A stretch of 63,570 bases of DNA, counting the filler, from Thraustochytrium aureum (Eukaryota): NCBI GenBank assembly GCA_012862495.1. It is 6 parts of 3 records of this genome, joined end to end, with 100 filler letters (N's around TTAATTAATTAA, not from the genome) between each part and the next. Parts side by side here need not be neighbours in the genome. Positions count along the whole stretch, not along the records: positions 23,812 to 41,258 come from BLSG01000098.1; 5 more parts are not named here. One strand, given 5' to 3'. Below the pieces are notes generated by a model that searched no databases, was not told the DNA's origin, and worked only from the letters and a program-made list of their open reading frames with translations. A program made the translations under genes and the position numbers. Shown piece after piece: positions 24,381 to 36,136 of this stretch (positions are counted from its first letter, which is position 1; every line of letters begins with the position of its first letter).

Positions 24381-25433
24381 AGCGGGCCATTCGCGATGCC
24401 ACGGGCGAGCGCGCGTCCACGTCTGCGCACCCCGCCTCCGCCGTGCAGCCGCCGCGCCTGGGTCTGGCCGAGGATTCGGCTGGGCTTGAGGCCAATAGTG
24501 TCGCCGACCCGTATGCCGCGCGCTCGGCCTCCTGGGCTTTTGCTGATAGCCTTGGGAAGCCCAAGACAGCCGTCGTGCTTGGCGCCTCGTCCGGGATCGG
24601 CCTCGCCTTTGCCAAGCAGTTTCGTGCTGCCGGCTGGACGGTGATCATGGTGGCCCGCGACCCAGCCCGGCTCCGGGCCGCGGCAGATCTGGTGCGCAAG
24701 CTTCCGCCCGGCGCCGCGTCGCGCCCGGGCTGCCGCCTCGATCCGGTCGTCGTTACTGTGGCAGAGGATTGCGCGGCGCGCAGCGGCGTCGTGAGGATCC
24801 GCACGATGCTCGCCAACTTTCTGCAAGGGACGTGCTTGGCGCGCTCGTGGCCTGCTCTGGGACCTTCAAGTGGGACGAGGACGCCGCCCTGGCTGCGGAC
24901 CCGGAGCTCCTTGTGCGCCAGAACGTGGCGTCCAAGACACTGCTGGGGCCGGAGCTCTGCATCTACTTTGGCGTCCCCGTCACCTACCTCGACGGGGAGC
25001 GTGCGCTCCAGGCGGGGCTGACGCAGGAGGAGCGCCGAAACCTCTTGGCAGACCCTGCCTACTTTAGCTTGCGCCCAATACAGCGCCTCCTCACAGCTCT
25101 GCTGCCGCATCGCAGGCCGAAACGACGTATTTTATCTGCGTTGGCTCGGACGCTGGCGCGCCAGACTTTGAGTCGCGCGTGCCCGATACGAGCAACGAGC
25201 AGCGATATATTTCCTCGATGCGAGCGGTGCGAAGGTGGTGCACGGCCCTCAAGCAGGGAATGGCGCCGTATGCGCCGCACCTCCGGATAGAGCTCGTCGA
25301 GCCGCCGCTTCTAGACACGCCCTTGGCGCGCAAGGAATTTGCCCGCCTCGACTCGGTCGACTGGGCGACGGTGCCCTCTGCTGACGCCTACGTCGGCCGC
25401 GTCTTTGCCGACCTCGGGATCGCGCCGCCCTGA
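24381..25433 (+). CDS. Short-chain dehydrogenase/reductase domain, possibly fused to TRM10; frameshifts near 24828 and 25100-25120
   Basis: TAVVLGASSGIGLAFAKQF...VIMVARD Rossmann motif, LVACSG, FICVGSDAG, YISSM, VEPPLLDTPL; stop TGA at 25431-25433. Confidence 0.75.
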
Positions 25434-25958
25434 GCTGCGTTCGAACAACTCGAAACTAAACGAGCGCCATGAAAACAAATGCGAAGCGATTGAAACATCG
25501 TCGTAATTCTGCATTTCGGGCGTTCCACAACCCAAATGGCTACCCGTCTTTTGCGCCGTTGCGCGCTTGCAGCTCGGCGGGATGCTTCAGGGGCCTTCTC
25601 TCGAGCTAGAGCTCGTGCTCTAGCTCTGGAGTAGCGTCTCTTGCATCGTGTTGCATGCTTGCTTTCGCCCCTCGTCCGAGCTCCCTCGAGTTGTTTTCGG
25701 GGTTGACAAGTCCCCAAAGGCTTGGAAAAAAAAGCAAAAAACTGGGCCAAAAAGGTTGGCGGTTTGACGCAAAGAGACGACGTCAAGCGTCCCAGACTCC
25801 AGCCGACAGCAGCAACTCGCTTCCTGCAAGCAGTGCCAAGGCCTGGCTGGCATACCCGCAACCCGCACGGGCTCCGGAGACGCCCACTGTTTCGCTGTGC
25901 GCACGAGCGAGCGTCCGCGAAGCAAGAGGGCCAAGGCCCCTGGTTGAAAACAAGCAAG

Positions 25959-27612
25959 ATGCTGCGCTGGGCGGTGCTTGCGGTGTACTGCGCGGCGGCG
26001 TTCGCGTGCAACTTGAACGCGCTGGCCTTTGCCTCGATTGCGAAGAAGGCGGCGCTGTTTTACGGGGTCTCGTTCAACGCGATCAACCAGATCACGATCG
26101 TCGGGATGTTGATGCCGTTCCTTGGATATCCGGCAGCCATGTGGCTGGCAGACACGCACCGCTTCGAGCTCCCCTTTTACCTGTCCATGGCGGTCATGGT
26201 CGCCGTGCGGTGGGTGCGGGTTTCATTCTCCTCGGACGGCGGAATTGAAGGATTCTGGGTCATTCTGGCCACACAGGCGCTCTCTCTGGGATCGGCCCTT
26301 GCCTCGGCTGCCTCGCCCCGGCCCTGAGCTCGACCTACTTTGCCAAGCNNNNNNNNNNNNNNNNNNNNNNNNNNNNNNNNNNNNNNNNNNNNNNNNNNNN
26401 NNNNNNNNNNNNNNNNNGCGCAAGCCTCGGCCAATCGCCACGCTGCTTGGCCTCGGCNCGGGCATGACAATCTCGCCGCTGTACGGCGACGACATCCCTG
26501 CGCTGCTTGAGCTGCACGCGCTCACCGTGACCGTGCCGCTCGTGCTGTCCCTGTTTTGCCTCGACTTGTGCGCGTGCGTGGACGACGGACAGGGCGACAT
26601 CGACGCCGACGGCGATCTCGGCGGGCCCTACTCGCTCCTCGGGGACGGGCCGGGAGGGCCGATCCGCCGCACGACCTCCTTTCGGCGCCTCGTGCGCTCG
26701 GTCTCGTCCGTGTCGTCGCCCTCAGAGCAGGGGTTTTCCTTCATGCACCCTGAGGAGCATGGCTACTGGCACACGCCGAGCCCGTTCCTTGGCACCGAGG
26801 GCAACCGCGAACTCGCGGCGCCCGGGCACAGCCACGGGTTTGCGCCGCACCACGGCCTCACACTGCCGTTTGTCTTCAACGCCGCGCTCCAAAACCCGGT
26901 CCAGGACGAAGACGAGTACGCTCCGGACCAGCCCTCGCTGACGGAGGCCGCTCCACGCGACTCGTATACGCGAGCGGTCTGCCGGCTGTTGTGGGACGGT
27001 GCATTCCTTCGCATGCTTTGCTCGATCGGGCTGTTTTGCGGGGTCGTCAACGCTTGGCTCGCACTCATCAGCGAGGCCGCCCCAGAGTCGATCGACTCGG
27101 CAGCTGGCGCGCAGATGGTTTCTGGGCTATTCTTCGGCTGTGGATTTCTCGGCGCGCTCTTGATGGGAGCTGCAATGGGGCGCTTGGGATCATACCGGTC
27201 GATCGGCCGTGTCTCTTGCATCCTCTCGCTGCCGTGCGTCGCGACCGCAATGCTTGGCTGGCACTATGACGTTGCTGCGCTCATCTATGTCGGAATGGCG
27301 CTTGAGGGGCTGGTCGGCTTTGGACTCTTGCCCCTGTGCATAGAGTACGGCATTGCGCTTGCCGTGCTCCGAGAACGCCAAGCCGGCAACTCTGGCGCGT
27401 CTGGTGACCGTCTCGGCGGCGCGGTGGGGGGGATCGTGCAGTGCGCCACCAACCTCTTTGGCGTTGTCATCGTCATGCTGACCACGCCCGGCAACCTTCC
27501 GATTGACGATGCCGACATTCCATTCGTCTGGCTTGGTCTCATGGTCGTGGGCGGCCTGCTTTTCTTCACGCTTCCGGAGACGAACAGCGCCGTCGCTGCA
27601 GCGACTGTCTAG
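25959..27612 (+). CDS. MFS transporter, FLVCR/SLC49-like; gap and frameshift near 26320-26420
   Basis: RWAVLAVY...FASIA..AALFYGVSFNAINQIT and WLAD motifs, two blocks of about 6 TM helices around a hydrophilic loop, LPLCIEYG. Confidence 0.8.
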
Positions 27613-28124
27613 CAAGCTAGACCCAGGCGAGCCCTGCTCTTCCGGGCCAGACTGGAAGTGATCGAACTGTACTCTACATACTGTAACACAAGTGTCGTCG
27701 ACAAGTAGAGCGAGGCAAGTCCACGAAACGTCTGCGCCACCGCGTTGCAGTCGCTGTTGGAGGCCAGCAGAACAGCTGCTGCGATTCCCGGAGGCGCCGT
27801 GCCGCGATCCGCGATGGCCTTGTCCCCGCACCGACCGCCGTTGAGCGGTACTCGAGCGCATTGCGGAGCTCTGCTCGAGCCCAGGTGATCGCCAAGAATG
27901 TGTGAGGCCTACTCGTACCTAGATCTGCTGTCCCAGACCCGTATCTTGTTCTCCTGAGAGGTTGGCCATCGCCTGCGTCAAGCGAGCGGCAGCGGGCCAG
28001 CAGGGCAGGCGCCCACGGACGCTTTGTGCGGTCCAGCAGTTGAGCGGAGGGGGACTCGCGCGCCAAACTCTGCGGCGTGGGGCGGTTTGGGGGCGGTTTG
28101 GGGGCGATTTGGGGCGAGGCGGAA

Positions 28125-30893
28125 ATGACGCAATTTGGGACGCCATGGCGCGCTGCGGTGGTGGCTCTCGCGCTCGCCGTAGCCGCGACGGGACGCGAGG
28201 CAACGACCACGGCAGTATTTGAGTGCGCCCACGACGTGTTTCGTGTCGTCAAGGTGGCGCAAGGTGATGCGGCGGAGGCCGCACAGCGAAGGGAGAGCCT
28301 CGTTGTCCTCCCGTCGTTCAGGGCCACGTGCAAGCCGGTCTCTGGCGAGCGCGCCGAGGTTGACATGCGCTCTGGCCTCGTAACGATCTTTGAGGAACTC
28401 TCCGNNNNNNNNNNNNNNNNNNNNNNNNNNNNNNNNNNNNNNNNNNNNNNNNNNNNNNNNNNNNNNNNNNNNNNNNNNNNNNNNNNNNNNNNNNNNNNNN
28501 NNNNNNNNNNNNNNNNNNNNNNNNNNNNNNNNNNNNNNNNNNNNNNNNNNNNNNNNNNNNNNNNNNNNNNNNNNNNNNNNNNNNNNNNNNNNNNNNNNNN
28601 NNNNNNNNNNNNNNNNNNNNNNNNNNNNNNNNNNNNNNNNNNNNNNNNNNNNNNNNNNNNNNNNNNNNNNNNNNNNNNNNNNNNNNNNNNNNNCCAGTAC
28701 GTGAACGGGTTTCTCAACTACCGGGCCGCACCCCTACAGATGATTCAGTTCAACACAGAGGCGGTGGTCCCGTTCTTCGTGACGAGCACAGGGTACGGCA
28801 TTTTGTGGGACCTGTACGGGCGGACGATGCTCAACGAGCCGCGCGAGTGGTTTGCCCTTGACGCGAAAGGGCGCGGCGAGCTGGTCGCCCAGCACGACGG
28901 GACGCACTACCTCTACCTTGAACTGTGCGGCGGCTTTGGATGCGACAATGGCCACGTCGAGCTCTCCCTGCGCAACCCCGCGGCCCCGAACGCCAGCGCC
29001 ATGGTAGCCTGCGAGCACTCGCTCGCCAACATCCCCAACGCGCTTACGTGCCGCGTCGAGGGACTCGGCAAGGGCCAAACGTACATTGCGCAGCTTGTGA
29101 GCGCTTTCAACGTGTCCCGCGTGGGCGTAGCCGCGCTAGCAGCCTCCACCGAGCTCGCGCTGCGCACGGAACACACAAACGTCGTCGACTACTACCTTGT
29201 CGCGCCCAGCGCCCAACGCAAGGCGCCAGGGAGCCCTATCGACGCCGCAATCGCTGGCTACCGCCGTATTACCGGCGCTGCGCGCCTCGCCGCCAAGTGG
29301 GCGTTTGGGTTCTGGCAGTGCAAGGAACACTACAGCACGCAGGCGGAGCTATTGCAGAGCGCCGCAGCGTTCCGCGCGAGAGGCGTCCCCGTCGACAATA
29401 TCGTCCAGGACTGGCACTACTGGGGCGACCTGGGCTGGGGCCCCCAGTGGGACCACACTATCTATCCGGACCCAGCGGCCATGATCGCGCAGGTGCACGA
29501 GTTGAACATGCACTTTATGATCTCCGTGTGGTCCAAGTTTGACCGCCAGACGCGCTTCTACAAGGAGATGGCGGCGCGAGGCCTGATGCTCAACAACTCG
29601 ATCTACATGGACCCCTGGAACCCGGCCGCGCGCAGCTTGTTTTCAAGTACACGGACGAGGCGCACTTTCGAATCGGCGCCGACGCGCTCTGGCTCGACGC
29701 CACCGAACCCGAGGGCTCGGACCAGCGCGGCCGCCACGTCTTTCTCGGGGAGGGCGACGCCTACCTCAACACCTACTCGCTAATGGTCAGCCAGGCCGTC
29801 TACGAGGGCCTCAAGGCCAAGGGAGCCCCGGGCGCCGCGTGTTCTCTCTGACGCGCTCCTCGTTCGCGGGCCAGCAGCGCTTTGGGGCCGCGCTGTGGAG
29901 CGGCGACACGACGGGCAGCTGGGACTCGCTCCGCCGCCAAATCGCCATGTCGATCAACTACCAGCTCTCGGGCATCCCTTACTGGAGCATGGACACTGGC
30001 GGTTTTTTTCGCCCAGGCGACCAATACACCTCGACCGACTATCGCGCCCTGCTCGTGCGCTGGTTTCAGTTTGCCGCATTCACGCCCCTCTTCCGCGTTC
30101 ACGGCGCAGGCTCCAACACCGAGGTCTGGAACTATGGCGCTGAGGCCGCGCAGCAAATCGTCCGCTCAGCGATCAACCTGCGCTACGACTCTTGGAGTAC
30201 ATTTACAGCGGATTCGCCGCGGTACAAGACGCGCACTACACCATGCAGCGCGGCCTGGCGTTTGACTTTGGCCACGACGAGCGCGCGCGCGACATCGCCG
30301 ACCAGTTCATGTTTGGGCCCTCGTTCATGGTCGCCCCGCTCCACACGCCAGACTCGTCTCGCACAGTCTACCTGCCTGCGCTAGAGCACGGCGCGATCTG
30401 GCGCGACTTTTACTCGGGCGAGTGCCTCTCGCCCAGGACGCGCCGCATCCAAAACCTGACGCTCCAGAGAATCCCGCTGTTCGTTCGCAGCTCGATCGTC
30501 GTCCTCGGGCCGCCGCGCCAGCACACTGGGCAGCTCGTGCCGGGCGGCCCGCTCGAGGTGCGCATCTTCCAAGGCGCGGACAATCTCGACCTGGAGTTTA
30601 CGCTCTACGAGGACGACGGCGTCACGGACTCGGCTCCGGGGCAGCCTCACCGCGCCTTTGCAACGACGCGCTTCCAGTGGCGCGCAGCAGAGCGCCGCCT
30701 CCACATCGGCGCTCGCCAAGGCCCGGGCTTCCCAGGTCTCCAGGAACGCCGGACAATCGCCGTGTACCTCGTCCGTCCCGGCCACGGCGTCGGAGTCGAG
30801 ACCGCGGGCGAGCCAGATCTCGTCGTCCCGTACGACGGCTCCCGCCAAGACGTACCCATCCCCAAGCACCGAACGCCGCTCGCGACCACAGAG
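28125..30893 (+). CDS. Secreted glycoside hydrolase family 31 (alpha-xylosidase-like) with DUF5110-type C-terminus; three frameshifts
   Basis: Signal peptide; VPFFVTSTGYGILWD; WAFGFWQCKEHY; PVDNIVQDWHYW; nucleophile motif LWLDATEPE (shifted frame near 29690); WSGD acid/base motif; WFQFAAFTPLFRVHG; DQFMFGP; FTLYEDDG. Confidence 0.92.
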
Positions 30894-31629
30894 NNNNNNN
30901 NNNNNNNNNNNNNNNNNNNNNNNNNNNNNNNNNNNNNNNNNNNNNNNNNNNNNNNNNNNNNNNNNNNNNNNNNNNNNNNNNNNNNNNNNNNNNNNNNNNN
31001 NNNNNNNNNNNNNNNNNNNNNNNNNNNNNNNNNNNNNNNNNNNNNNNNNNNNNNNNNNNNNNNNNNNNNNNNNNNNNNNNNNNNNNNNNNNNNNNNNNNN
31101 NNNNNNNNNNNNNNNNNNNNNNNNNNNNNNNNNNNNNNNNNNNNNNNNNNNNNNNNNNNNNNNNNNNNNNNNNNNNNNNNNNNNNNNNNNNNNNNNNNNN
31201 NNNNNNNNNNNNNNNNNNNNNNNNNNNNNNNNNNNNNNNNNNNNNNNNNNNNNNNNNNNNNNNNNNNNNNNNNNNNNNNNNNNNNNNNNNNNNNNNNNNN
31301 NNNNNNNNNNNNNNNNNNNNNNNNNNNNNNNNNNNNNNNNNNNNNNNNNNNNNNNNNNNNNNNNNNNNNNNNNNNNNNNNNNNNNNNNNNNNNNNNNNNN
31401 NNNNNNNNNNNNNNNNNNNNNNNNNNNNNNNNNNNNNNNNNNNNNNNNNNNNNNNNNNNNNNNNNNNNNNNNNNNNNNNNNNNNNNNNNNNNNNNNNNNN
31501 NNNNNNNNNNNNNNNNNNNNNNNNNNNNNNNNNNNNNNNNNNNNNNNNNNNNNNNNNNNNNNNNNNNNNNNNNNNNNNNNNNNNNNNNNNNNNNNNNNNN
31601 NNNNNNNNNNNNNNNNNNNNNNNNCTCAA

Positions 31630-31760
31630 CGTAGCAGGCGCTGGCCATCCGCAAAACGATGCTCGGGGAGAACCATCCGGATATGGCCCAGAGTCTCAAC
31701 AACATCTGCGAGGTGTACATGGCGCCGGGCAAGTACGACGAGAAAAGGCGCACGCATTCC
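31630..31760 (+). pseudogene. Fragment of a kinesin-light-chain-type TPR repeat
   Basis: QALAIRKTMLGENHPDMAQSLNNICEVY...GKYDE, preceded by an in-frame stop and degenerating afterwards. Confidence 0.55.
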
Positions 31761-32897
31761 ACTCTCAGACGAAGGCGATCTGCACAGTCGTGCCGGGAGC
31801 CGACCACCAAGTGGCACTTTCACAATGAGTTCGGATTCTGGAGTCCGCAGCCAGCCATTGGCCGACGAGCGAGTTGGCGGGCGAGGGCGTGTTGGTTGCG
31901 GCGACAGACCAGAAATGGGTGCGCGTTGGCAGCGGGAGGACAGTCGACGGTACAAAGCAGGGCGGTCGAACAAGCGCAAAGACAAGCAGAACGATGCGCA
32001 AGTCGCTGAGCAAACTCGCCAAGCGCGCCGACGACAACAAGGGCGTGGACCTTAGCAACGACGTCGTGACACGAGGCGCGCGCCTTTTACGGCGAGGTCG
32101 GGCCTTGGACGACTTTTTAAAGATGTAGCTGCCAAACCTTCTTTTAAAAGGCAGCACCAACCCCTCGCTTCGCAATTGAAGCTGGCGAATTCAACCAGCC
32201 CGACGGAACCCGAGGCGAATCAAAGGTACACGGAAGACGCAAATTTGACAGCCTTGCGATGCTGACTTGCGGCGTCCTTCGCAATCTTGCACTTGACCTC
32301 ACTTGGGCCCTGCAGTTGCTCGCCTACCACGCGGCTTTCGCCAACAGCCAACACCCACCCAGCAGGCCCACACGCTCGAAAGCCATGCGCACGAGACGCC
32401 TGGCAGGCATCCGGCAAGCCAGCTCGCGGCAGCCAGCCGGCGATNNNNNNNNNNNNNNNNNNNNNNNNNNNNNNNNNNNNNNNNNNNNNNNNNNNNNNNN
32501 NNNNNNNNNNNNNNNNNNNNNNNNNNNNNNNNNNNNNNNNNNNNNNNNNNNNNNNNNNNNNNNNNNNNNNNNNNNNNNNNNNNNNNNNNNNNNNNNNNNN
32601 NNNNNNNNNNNNNNNNNNNNNNNNNNNNNNNNNNNNNNNNNNNNNNNNNNNNNNNNNNNNNNNNNNNNNNNNNNNNNNNNNNNNNNNNNNNNNNNNNNNN
32701 NNNNNNNNNNNNNNNNNNNNNNNNNNNNNNNNNNNNNNNNNNNNNNNNNNNNNNNNNNNNNNNNNNNNNNNNNNNNNNNNNNNNNNNNNNNNNNNNNNNN
32801 NNNNNNNNNNNNNNNNNNNNNNNNNNNNNNNNNNNNNNNNNNNNNNNNNNNNNNNNNNNNNNNNNNNNNNNNNNNNNNNNNNNNNNNNNNNNNNNNN

Positions 32898-34429
32898 AGA
32901 CGGGTGCGGCGGTGGTTTGAGCCGCCGTATGTGATGCGGCTCGAGCGCGGCCTGCGGCAGGTCGTGGTCAGCAAGGCGGTGGGCGCTGAGCTGCGCACCA
33001 AGGTCGAGGTGGCGCAGTTCAGGGTCGACCCCGTGGCCGACGGGGCCGAGCGCGCCGAGGTCGTGCGCTCGATCTTCGGCAAGTGCATGGGCGCGATCAA
33101 TGCCCAGGCCGCAGAGATCATCGACCTGAACGCCAAGCTAGCATCAACGAGGGCAAACTACGACACGCTTCTGAACCGGACGAGGCAGTCGGCGGTTGCC
33201 ATGAAACGCCAGCGGTCGGATTTGGTGGCGAAAATGGTGCAGGTCTTGAACGCGAAGAAGAGCGCGCTCGCGGAGACCGAGCTTGGGCAAGCGGAAAAGG
33301 GCGAGGAGAGCGACGAGGACGCGCAGAGCCGCGCAGATTCCGAGGAGGAAGAGCAGGACGGGGCGCGGCACGGCGCGTCTGCTTCCATGCAGCACACAGG
33401 CTCTTCCTCCTCCTCCTCCACCTCCTCCTCCTACTTCGCCTCTAGCCGTTCGACTAGTGCCAGCGTTTCCGCGCGGCTTGCCTCGGCGGCTGCCAGCCCT
33501 ACAGCGCGGCGCGTGGCGTCTCCTGTGAAGCGAAAGGCGAGCGGATCGCGCCCGGCCAAGGAGGGCTCCCCAGACAAAAAGCAGCGGCCGCCGTTTCCAG
33601 GAACGATTCCGGCGAGCGCAGCATCGGCGCAGGGGCGGCCCGTCATTGCGCCGAGCCAGGTCAGCGCTACTCCGTCGCAAGCGAGCGACGACGCCGTGAC
33701 GACCATCTCGCAAGAACCCTCCATGCGGCGCTCGGCGTCGGCCACGGTGCCTATTGACCGCATCGACGAGCTACAGCGAGATGCGCCTGCTGGGTTTCGG
33801 TTGTGCCTTCGTCGAACGAGGTCGGTAGTGTCGCGTACGTTTTCTCGCACCGCTATTGGCTCGAGTCGGACCCCAGTGTGGCGATCCACGCGTGCTCGCG
33901 GACGCGCAAGGTCCCCCGTTGGGCAAAGGTCAATGGCGAGCACCCCGATGTTCTGCGGTTTCGTGCGAATCACCTTGGCGAGACGGTGCTTTCAACCTTT
34001 GACGGCCACGCTTATCCCAATCACAGGCTTGCTGAGCGACGCCTGTCCTCCTCGAATCTGTCCGTGGCCCCGCTAGCCGCACCAGCGTGGGGCGAGCCTC
34101 GGGCGCGCGCCAACTCGAGCAGCGAGATTGGTTCCCGCGAGCGCCGCCACGTCGAGGCGCGATCGGCCGATGGGACTTCCTTCATGGGTAGCGGGCTGGC
34201 GGTTTCGAGGTGTCCGGCAGCGGATACGAGTGGGCAATCGGGTCTTGCTGGCACCAAGGGCCCTCCTCTAAAGGGCAACGAGGAGCCAAAGGTGCCACCC
34301 GCAGCCCGAGGGATGGCACAAAATACTGCCGGGCCGCGCTCTGCAACGGATGCGACGGCACCTGCTCGTGTGAGCCAGGATGAGAGCGACGACGACAGCG
34401 ACAACGGCCTCGACTTTTTGCCATTGTAG
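32898..34429 (+). CDS. XRCC4: XRCC4-like NHEJ protein; 5' part in gap, frameshift near 33800
   Basis: End of a beta-strand head, then a long coiled coil with LVAKMVQVLNAKK (compare the XRCC4 ligase-IV-binding LY..F..VLNEKK), then an acidic/Ser-rich disordered tail. Confidence 0.6.
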
Positions 34430-35554
34430 CCTCTCCACGGGCTTTCGACAAACAAACTACTAAACAACGACGCGCTTCGCTGCGGGTCGATTATCGCCCT
34501 GTGGTGCGATCCGCCACACGCCAGGTTGTGGAACACCAGCCTGAGACGAAGATCGAGCGTGCCATCTTCGCCAAAGCCGTAGGTAAAACAAAAAAGACGC
34601 AGTGTGGAAGGCAACACGAGATGCAACCCAACAAGTGATGGCTTCCAAAACAAGCAAAGCAGATTGACAGTCAGTCCATGGGCTAGCCACGGATAAAAAT
34701 CAAAAGAATAGCTGGAGGCAGGCAGCCGCAGCCTGCGACGGGGCACCCCTGCGCGCCCGTGGGGGCCGGACTCGCAGCCAGGTTTTTGAAGCTGGCGACG
34801 AGCCGGAAGAATGATGGCCTTCCTACGTCGACTCGAAACGTCCGTGACAAATTGTTGACGATCACCCGCAGGTCGAGATAGTGGCACCAAGCAACCTCTT
34901 GTCGGAGAGAACCTGACGATGCCATCGTTGGCCTCAAATCACAAAGGGTAGGAAGGCCTCGCTGGAGAGTGACACCCTAGCTGCATGCATGTTGGCTTAT
35001 CCAGCGGTTCGGAGAAGAGGTCCCAGCCGCGGCCGACGTCGGCGTCGCCAGGACCCAGCCAGCACCGCTCAAAACGTCGTCGCAGGGCCACCCCGCGCGA
35101 TGGGCGTCGGCTTGCGCTCTTGCCCGAAAACCCGTCAGCGAACTTGGCANNNNNNNNNNNNNNNNNNNNNNNNNNNNNNNNNNNNNNNNNNNNNNNNNNN
35201 NNNNNNNNNNNNNNNNNNNNNNNNNNNNNNNNNNNNNNNNNNNNNNNNNNNNNNNNNNNNNNNNNNNNNNNNNNNNNNNNNNNNNNNNNNNNNNNNNNNN
35301 NNNNNNNNNNNNNNNNNNNNNNNNNNNNNNNNNNNNNNNNNNNNNNNNNNNNNNNNNNNNNNNNNNNNNNNNNNNNNNNNNNNNNNNNNNNNNNNNNNNN
35401 NNNNNNNNNNNNNNNNNNNNNNNNNNNNNNNNNNNNNNNNNNNNNNNNNNNNNNNNNNNNNNNNNNNNNNNNNNNNNNNNNNNNNNNNNNNNNNNNNNNN
35501 NNNNNNNNNNNNNNNNNNNNNNNNNNNNNNNNNNNNNNNNNNNNNNNNNNNNNN

Positions 35555-36136
35555 ATCAGAGCCGGCCAGGAGAGGGACCGTGCCGTTCTCGAGCGCCTTC
35601 GTGGCAGTATTGCGTCCCTCGACAACCCGATTTCCTCTTGTCCTGCCTCGGAGCGGTTGGCCGATGCGCTGCAGAAAGACCATCTCGCATTCGTTCCTCA
35701 GCATTTACTCGGTAGTTTGGGGTGAGCACACCGCACCTGGCTGCAGGCCCATCGCGAATATCTCGCATCTGCCCTTGCGAGCGAGTGCTTTGCGGTGACG
35801 GGCTCTTCGGCGCTCACGCGCCTGCTCTTCGCCAACGTGTCTGGCGTACAACTCATGCGACCTGTGGAGGGCGGCGGCCGCCGCAAAAGCTCCTTCGAGC
35901 CCGCGCCGCATCGCCTGGTGCTGGCCAAGCTGGCGCGCTTCAGAACCGCATGCGTACAAGTGGCCGCCGACGGCACCTTGCAGCACATCATGTGCGAACG
36001 AAACTCCACACCAGTGAACGCCCCCGGGGCCACCCCGACACCCTCCCGGCTACCATCAAGAACGCGGCGGCCGCAACGAAAACTTGCAAAACAGGTACGC
36101 GTTCTCTTCCACAGCCGCACAGTTGGCGTACTTTAG
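35555..36136 (+). CDS. 3' part of an unknown protein, frameshifted near 35720
   Basis: Coding-like open frames leave the gap and continue as AHRTWLQAHREYLASAL...LVLAKLARFRTACVQV; no family recognised. Confidence 0.35.
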
